From the NCBI GenBank assembly GCA_964478235.1, contig CAYZGX010000005.1:246-64245 (forward strand): DNA of 64,000 nt. The letters are read 5' to 3'. A program made the position numbers and the translations under genes. Every line of letters begins with the position of its first letter. The stretch's first letter is position 1. The notes beneath the pieces were generated by a model that worked only from the letters and a program-made list of their open reading frames with translations, did not search any database and was not told the DNA's origin. Positions 59,901 through 64,000 of the stretch are shown piece by piece. The stretch comes from an uncultured Gammaproteobacteria bacterium (GTDB lineage Bacteria > Patescibacteriota > Patescibacteriia > Magasanikbacterales > GWA2-37-8).

Positions 59901-60551
59901 AGTCATGGTCACATTAGTACCAGCAGCTGACGGCGAATCAGTGTAAGAAGCCATTACATTAGCGGAGTAATCATAGCGGTGCACCTTAGCTACAAAACTT
60001 GTACTCGTAACCTGCAGTATATATATATAAGTGCTTGTCGCAATAATTTTTCCATTCAATCCCATTTGACCGGGGATAGCTGGCACAAGACTATCAAATG
60101 CATTAATTGCAACTTCAGTCGTAGTTGCAAGCGCAACATAACCAGTCGTATTTAAGCTCGAGCGCAGAAGCTGAACCTGATTGAGGGTGCCACTCAAAAA
60201 CCCACCACCAAAAGCAAGGCCAGAGTAAGTAGAGGTGATATCATCAACAAACGAAAACGTTGATGAAGTCAGGCGAAGAGCGTTCGTGATGGTAAAATCA
60301 AGGTAGGTTGAAGTAGAATAGCCATTCCAACCAGTACGATCGGTTGGATCACTGGCGGCAGTTGAGGTAACTCCCCCACTCCAACTTTCCTGATAAAAGG
60401 CAACTGATGTGGCGGCAAGAGCAATTTGTTGGGCTAAAAATACAAAACCAAGAATAGCTACAAAACCAAAAATAAGACTATTTTTAATGGTCTCGGAAAA
60501 GAATCTAGCGATAGATAATTTTGAGGAAATTTTAGATAATAGCAATTTCAT
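56916..60551 (-). CDS. giant secreted/anchored Kelch-like-repeat surface protein, paralogue of 53263-56811, with C-terminal peptidoglycan-binding domain
   Basis: 1211 aa; same architecture and the same YRH/NTS/W/LP/LYV repeat; C-terminal about 70 aa nearly identical to the downstream paralogue. Confidence 0.85.
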   Translation of the reverse strand: MKLLLSKISSKLSIARFFSETIKNSLIFGFVAILGFVFLAQQIALAATSVAFYQESWSGGVTSTAASDPTDRTGWNGYSTSTYLDFTITNALRLTSSTFSFVDDITSTYSGLAFGGGFLSGTLNQVQLLRSSLNTTGYVALATTTEVAINAFDSLVPAIPGQMGLNGKIIATSTYIYILQVTSTSFVAKVHRYDYSANVMASYTDSPSAAGTNVTMTIDDTYIYLLLGTGTSFYRHAISNTLAGWESFTALPGSVGTAAAVVVDETYLYVARGSSTNIYRHAVSNTSASWDSFTVLPSTLSSGGKLLVDANYLYVLPGNSVSTTYRHSKTSTSTSWEAFTNLPYVVTSGSQAALDANYLYVIASTAAGGAGTTTLRHDLTNTSSAWEAFTTLPAAAATVSGLEVNANYLFFSRGSAAQVYRHTTANTSSAWDTITSTVAFSSTAAGLSLGTDFLHVFAYPTSIARHAISDTSSAWIGSTSPNFPPLPALVGGGALPTFSINKNNLYVLAGSSPAIGFFRHDLISTTSAWASSTAPAATLGNGTSLVVDENFAYAMLGSTTGFYRRSLSATPTSSWDSYAAAPTSTGSTASIAVNGDYLYFLQGNTAEKTGLYRHLSAVTSSAWESFTALPAAMGGGASFVFDNDYVYVVRGGSTSSTYRHALNSTSTAWDTFTNLPGNVSVAAGSNSLMAINDTHLYVVQGGSTGFYRHVLSNTSSAWESFTAMPGNTASRATVLLTDTYAYVLQGNSSGVGFWRHTLASTSTAWEVLQAQPCSVSNGGGMVFSQDKDIIYLICGSSSDLIFRFVVNDLVYSSSGDFTSPALSLGAARLESVRWSSSTPVVTGSSALRLQIATSSDNSTYSSYFGPDGTVGTYFTTGSTTLTGAITAPTQYLKYKAYLSTDNTDFSPRLEDITFNYSAYSASGTLISSVYNSNDSGSKISGLEWTGTTSASATLRFQIRTGDSTITLDAAEWVGPDNTSSTYFSTSGSETLNSAFTDGAGDQFVQYKALFSSSGATSPVLSDVALSFIPPNNSAPVYGGSSPPLIGYSDLEAAVSTPTTTVVVVAPTTTPATSTLPVAPTTTEPVVSPVLPEVAPVIPTQPTSPGVALAPVVALKQALGTARLTKVLQTGTVDSQVRLLQRALNALGFTVAKSGPGSPGKETNYFGSATRLALIRFQEANAKSILTPLGLTKGTGKFAAGTRAFIMDLLRR
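56919..57116. repeat. second copy of the near-identical 3' segment
   Basis: See 53263-53460. Confidence 0.85.
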
Positions 60552-60687
60552 TAAAACAGATACTAAACCACTGCTAGCATATCAAAAAAACAAGGTCAAA
60601 ACAATGGAAAAAAGGGGGATAAAAAGACACACCTCTCGTTAAAAAAGAGGTGCGTCTTGCTGATTGGAAGCCTGCTGAAAAAAAATC

Positions 60688-61098
60688 TTAGGAAACAGCG
60701 TCCTTTTTGAGCAAAAGAGGTAAAAGACGATTTTTACCCTGCCACAAGAAGTACAAATTAAGAAGAAGCATTACATTGCCCATAACTGCTCCGCCAGTGA
60801 GGAGTCCACCATCGAGAAAAGCATGAAAACCAACGATATTAAGCGTAATCGGTAAAAGAAGAAAAGCGGCGAGAGCTGTTCGATCTATCCAGATAAGCAC
60901 CAAGCTGATCGCAAAAACCAAGGACATGAGGTAGTTAATGTACTTTCCCTGCATCAGCGCCTCAATAAAGGCAAACGCTTCTTTTGAGGTGTACATATCA
61001 GCTGTTGGCGGTGGGAAAATCCCTAGCACCCCCAGCAGTGGCATAATTAAAATCAGACTCAAAAGAACCTTGAGAAAGATAGTCAGATATTTTTTCAT
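60688..61098 (-). CDS. small polytopic membrane protein (DoxX-like?), function unknown
   Basis: About 136 aa from ATG 61098 (MKKYLTIFLKVLL...), 3-4 TM; the ORF-track extension to 61155 begins with TTG. Confidence 0.5.
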   Translation of the reverse strand: MKKYLTIFLKVLLSLILIMPLLGVLGIFPPPTADMYTSKEAFAFIEALMQGKYINYLMSLVFAISLVLIWIDRTALAAFLLLPITLNIVGFHAFLDGGLLTGGAVMGNVMLLLNLYFLWQGKNRLLPLLLKKDAVS

Positions 61099-61155
61099 AG
61101 AGTATATAAAATAATTAACACATATAGTGTACAGGACAGGGTATAAATAGGGCAA

Positions 61156-61239
61156 GTGAGAGCGCTTCGCTATTCAGAGATTCGGCTTCGCCTCTCGGTG
61201 AGAGCGCTTCGCTATTCGAAGATTCGGCTTCGCCTCTCG
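61156..61239. repeat. 2 x 42-bp tandem direct repeat (2 mismatches) inside a GC-rich (about 65-70%) 190-nt leader/spacer
   Basis: GTGAGAGCGCTTCGCTATTCAGAGATTCGGCTTCGCCTCTCG repeated at 61156-61197 and 61198-61239; each unit has internal short hairpins (GGC-GAA-GCC, AGCG-AAG-CGCT on the minus sense). Confidence 0.85.
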
Positions 61240-61342
61240 TCGACTTCCGTCTCCTCGGGCTAGCCACCGCCTCGCGGTCGCGCTCGCCCGACTGCGTCGC
61301 GCGACATCGCTCCGGCGTTCGAATCTCTCCTCTTTCTTCTAC

Positions 61343-61378
61343 AAAACAAATGACACCCACTAGGGTGTCATTTGTTTT
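61343..61378. terminator. rho-independent terminator (12-bp perfect stem) downstream of the coiled-coil/2TM gene
   Basis: CAAATGACACCC-ACTA-GGGTGTCATTTG flanked by A-run and T-run. Confidence 0.8.
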
Positions 61379-61407
61379 GCGGGGATGGGGAGACTTCCTT
61401 GAAACCC
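61379..61407. repeat. 29-nt exact dispersed repeat copy 1 (GCGGGGATGGGGAGACTTCCTTGAAACCC)
   Basis: Identical to 62977-63005. Both copies lie in the 3' UTR of a minus-strand gene, between the stop codon and a terminator. Confidence 0.9.
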
Positions 61408-61444
61408 GGTTACGGAACGAAGGCCTCGTGTCGTCCTAGGTTCC

Positions 61445-62530
61445 CTACTCGGAATCGGCTTCCTTATCCTCACCACTGACAAGTTTCTTGATTGGACCAA
61501 GAATCTTATCGAATAGCGGCGGGTCCTCGCGATGCGTTTCGTTGTCCAGTGTACCGCTTGGGTTGAAAGCGGAGGATGTCACCATGTTACTTAAGAGAGA
61601 AACGAGAATCTCCCTGTTTTCATCGACTTCTCCCAGTTGGTCGAGCTGCTTTTTGTAACCGATGTAGGACTTCGCAACACTTTCCTTATGTGCATATTCC
61701 TGGGCAAGGCGCTTGTTCTGACTCTGTTGCTTGCTAGCAAAATGAGCCAACCAAACGGCTGGAATAAAAAATGGCAATCTTGCGATCACACGCGAAAGGG
61801 TCTCTGTGAGAGTAGCCCCGATAACAACACTCGGCTTGAGGCTGAGGATTGCATACAGCGCCATGGAAGCAATCGTAACGATGAACGTGCCTGTCCAAAA
61901 CTTATTCGGCTTATCATAGCTCGTCTTCTGGTTTTCGTAGACAGCCGCCAAACCCGCACTGGTTGCACCAGGCAACAACCCCTCAATTTGTTCGATTAGC
62001 GAATCGTATCGCTTCTTAGTGTCCAGTCGCAACTGCTCGAGTTCGGTCTTGTTGGATTCGATCTCTTGTTTGAGTCCTCCCACTACTTTGCCTGCATCAT
62101 CAGGAATACCAAATATTTTGGCATAGTACTCGTCGAATTCCTTCTTCGCCTTCTCGACGGACTTGAGGATACCATCAAACTCAGCCGACGCATCTCGAAT
62201 ACCCTGTTCGATGGATACTTCGTCCCCCTCGCCAGAAAAGACTTCGTCGTGAAACTCGCTAATATCTGCGCTAGCAGTTTTCACTGCATCCCATTTAGTT
62301 TTGATATCAACCGATGCCTCGTCAATCTGAGTTTTGACACTTTTTTGGTTTGCCGAATCCGTCAACAAGTAATCCTTGTAAGTGGTGAGGTCGAGAATCA
62401 GCTTGTTGCCGACCGTTCTTAACTCATTTACGGCTCTGGAGATCTGAATTTTCTGACTTCGCGGCAACTCTTCAGCGACGGACAGAGCCGGTGCTGGTAT
62501 CTCAAGAGGGGGAAGTGGTGCGTTTTCCAT
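61445..62530 (-). CDS. hypothetical protein: about 200-aa N-terminal coiled-coil, 2-TM hairpin, about 90-aa C-terminal tail
   Basis: Heptad-rich N-terminus (KTELEQLRLDTKKRYDSLIEQIEG), two helices FWTGTFIVTIASMALYAILSL and LPFFIPAVWLAHFA separated by a short loop. Confidence 0.6.
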   Translation of the reverse strand: MENAPLPPLEIPAPALSVAEELPRSQKIQISRAVNELRTVGNKLILDLTTYKDYLLTDSANQKSVKTQIDEASVDIKTKWDAVKTASADISEFHDEVFSGEGDEVSIEQGIRDASAEFDGILKSVEKAKKEFDEYYAKIFGIPDDAGKVVGGLKQEIESNKTELEQLRLDTKKRYDSLIEQIEGLLPGATSAGLAAVYENQKTSYDKPNKFWTGTFIVTIASMALYAILSLKPSVVIGATLTETLSRVIARLPFFIPAVWLAHFASKQQSQNKRLAQEYAHKESVAKSYIGYKKQLDQLGEVDENREILVSLLSNMVTSSAFNPSGTLDNETHREDPPLFDKILGPIKKLVSGEDKEADSE

Positions 62531-62566
62531 ATGCTTCGGAAAATATAAGAATGTAATGAATCAAGC

Positions 62567-62776
62567 CTATGCCTTGGCACAGGTATTGTCAAATGGTGGC
62601 GGAGTAGGTTGAACGAAGACAGCGAGGGCCGCGATAGCGTCGATCGTATTCACAGCCATTTCGCTAATCTCCTGGTCGGTGTAGCCGGTTGGTGCGCCAA
62701 GGTCCGCCTCCAATGCTTCACGAAATCTGACAACGTCTTCCCTGCTCAGAGCCGTGGCTAGAATGGTATTAATCAT
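62567..62776 (-). CDS. hypothetical 69-aa protein
   Basis: Small ORF in the same orientation between the Abi-like gene and the coiled-coil/2TM gene. Confidence 0.4.
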   Translation of the reverse strand: MINTILATALSREDVVRFREALEADLGAPTGYTDQEISEMAVNTIDAIAALAVFVQPTPPPFDNTCAKA

Positions 62777-62910
62777 GCCTATTTTTTACCGGACCTACCG
62801 CGATCTGTCAATCCCGAACACGATGCCACCAAAAGTGGCTTAACTTAGCCAAGTGGGTTCTAACTGTCTCGCTCTCCTGGCCATCTTTTGAAAGGTCGAA
62901 AAAGTGAGGG

Positions 62911-62938
62911 TCAAAAAAGCCCGCAACGATGCGGGCTA
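62911..62938 (-). terminator. rho-independent terminator downstream of the Abi-like gene
   Basis: GCCCGCATCGTTGCGGGCTTTTTTGA on the minus strand. Confidence 0.8.
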
Positions 62939-62976
62939 GAGGGTCAGTCCAAATTTTTACAAATTTGTGACTCTTG

Positions 62977-63005
62977 GCGGGGATGGGGAGACTTCCTTGA
63001 AACCC
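62977..63005. repeat. 29-nt exact dispersed repeat copy 2
   Basis: See 61379-61407. Confidence 0.9.
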
Positions 63006-63056
63006 AGTTCACCAAACTTTCTGGTTCAGCCGAGTCGCCGCCGGCTGCATAGTCAA

Positions 63057-63938
63057 TTAGCGTACCGGCAAAATCTTTCCTGCTGCGACTTGGGCCTCAA
63101 AGGTGTCGAGCAAAAAATCGCATACGGTCTTTGCTGCATTCACGACGAGCTTGGCATGCCGACGAGCAGGCCGATAGAGTAGTGGATGCGAATCGCTCAT
63201 TCTGTTTCGGATAGGAGCAAGTCCAGAAACAATGTTGGTCAACCCGGTAAGAACGAGATGAAACGGTTGGTTTTCAGGCGTCTTTGGATCGATGTTCAGA
63301 GCGATCTGGACACGTCTCATTAATTGGCCCAGTTCGCCATTGTAGGGAGGTGGTGAGAGGACGGCACGTCGTTCCATCTCCTGAAGGACAGTCTCAACTA
63401 AAGTTCTTGCCGAAGTGATCGCACCAGTAAAATCATCGCCGAGCAGGCGCGTTTCCGATTTTTCAACGTGTTCATGGATAAATTCGTGTGATAACGGATC
63501 CAACCCGCCGCTCCTCGCTTCCATAGAAACGAGCCCTTCGTCCGCACGTCGAACTACATAGCCACTTTTCCCCTCTAGAAGTGACCACCCATCTCGCTCA
63601 AGATAACGCCTAACGTAGTCTACCGCCGTGTCGATCGAAATATTGTGGTCCTGAAAATACGCAGGGTCGAGGGCTGCCGCAACCATCGGCTCAAAATGTG
63701 GAGTTCCGACTAGGGAGCGTACACGTTCCTCGGCGAGCATCCATCGTGATTTTCCACCGCTTCCCGAATAAACATCATTGAAGCCGAACTCATTGAAGAA
63801 CCGCAAAATCTCCGGTCCCGTCCGATAGGGTGCAACGGCCGGCTTGTGAACTGACACCCAGTCTCCTGTAATTACTTTTTGAATCGCCTCGATTGTCTTT
63901 TCCGAAACCATGGGCTTCGCGGTCTGTGAGTTTGTCAT
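63057..63938 (-). CDS. Abi_C/HEPN-like abortive-infection-type protein (AbiJ-like architecture)
   Basis: C-terminal block IVSGLAPIRNRMSDSHP contains an Rx4-6H motif (RNRMSDSH), as in HEPN/Abi_C domains; N-terminal region is unassigned. Confidence 0.55.
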   Translation of the reverse strand: MTNSQTAKPMVSEKTIEAIQKVITGDWVSVHKPAVAPYRTGPEILRFFNEFGFNDVYSGSGGKSRWMLAEERVRSLVGTPHFEPMVAAALDPAYFQDHNISIDTAVDYVRRYLERDGWSLLEGKSGYVVRRADEGLVSMEARSGGLDPLSHEFIHEHVEKSETRLLGDDFTGAITSARTLVETVLQEMERRAVLSPPPYNGELGQLMRRVQIALNIDPKTPENQPFHLVLTGLTNIVSGLAPIRNRMSDSHPLLYRPARRHAKLVVNAAKTVCDFLLDTFEAQVAAGKILPVR

Positions 63939-64000
63939 AGCGAATCAATTATATTACACACACCGATTCCGTCAACCGGGATCTTTCAGCCGACCATCCG

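Noticed and set aside
61156-61239. CRISPR array
   Set aside because: Only two contiguous 42-bp copies with no spacers; no cas genes; not CRISPR
61300-61340. tRNA-like T-loop motif GTTCGAATC
   Set aside because: Flanking sequence cannot form T-stem/acceptor stem on either strand and there is no CCA end; not a tRNA or tmRNA 3' end
61115-61360. 81-aa ORF with GEAESSNSEALSPR repeats
   Set aside because: It is the translation of the GC-rich tandem repeat; low-complexity, no start context; treated as non-coding
1-64000. rRNA/tRNA/tmRNA/RNase P/SRP RNA genes
   Set aside because: No intergenic region large enough apart from 17097-17338 and 61100-61444, and neither contains the conserved cores of these RNAs

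Overview
This is a 64 kb, gene-dense window with about 60 CDS, mostly on the minus strand. It uses the standard genetic code (TGA is a stop), has roughly 48% GC, and I found no rRNA, tRNA or CRISPR array. The gene content looks like a small-genome, Gram-positive-like or CPR/Saccharibacteria-like bacterium: a CIRCE-controlled hrcA-grpE-hsp20-dnaK-X-dnaJ operon; murA, murJ and a WecA/TagO-like transferase; and a very compact mraZ-rsmH-ftsL dcw start. I did not see strong Shine-Dalgarno sequences. I recognise housekeeping genes (dnaB, ybaB, recR, rplU, rplI, era, lepA, recJ, pyrG, ctpA, rnhA, yidC, dnaK, dnaJ, grpE, hrcA, rsmH, mraZ). There is also an envelope-glycan locus at about 25.8-34.6 kb carrying GT2, DUF2304, GT4, a methyltransferase, a UDP-sugar decarboxylase/epimerase, a polyprenyl-phosphate sugar transferase, an S8 protease and a DsbA-like gene. 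The most unusual content sits elsewhere. First, a membrane-anchored, zinc-ribbon-fused Clp/Hsp100-type AAA+ protein with a degenerate D1 domain lies in the dcw operon where ftsI/mur genes normally are, preceded by a 10-bp-periodic GTGGTG MraZ-box array and two perfect palindromes. Second, two tandem paralogous giant (1182 and 1211 aa) secreted Kelch-like-repeat proteins end in a peptidoglycan-binding domain, share near-identical 3' ends (gene conversion), and have a G10/C10 homopolymer immediately upstream of the first start codon (phase-variation candidate). Third, an ATP-grasp ligase is translationally coupled to an unknown 467-aa protein, next to a PIF1-like helicase and a GIY-YIG nuclease. 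Fourth, a 3' terminal island at about 61.1-64 kb carries a HEPN/Abi_C-like protein, a coiled-coil plus 2-TM hairpin protein, a small ORF, a 29-nt exact repeat in two 3' UTRs, and a GC-rich 2x42-bp tandem structured leader. All calls rest on reading the translated ORFs and the sequence directly; no database searches were run.
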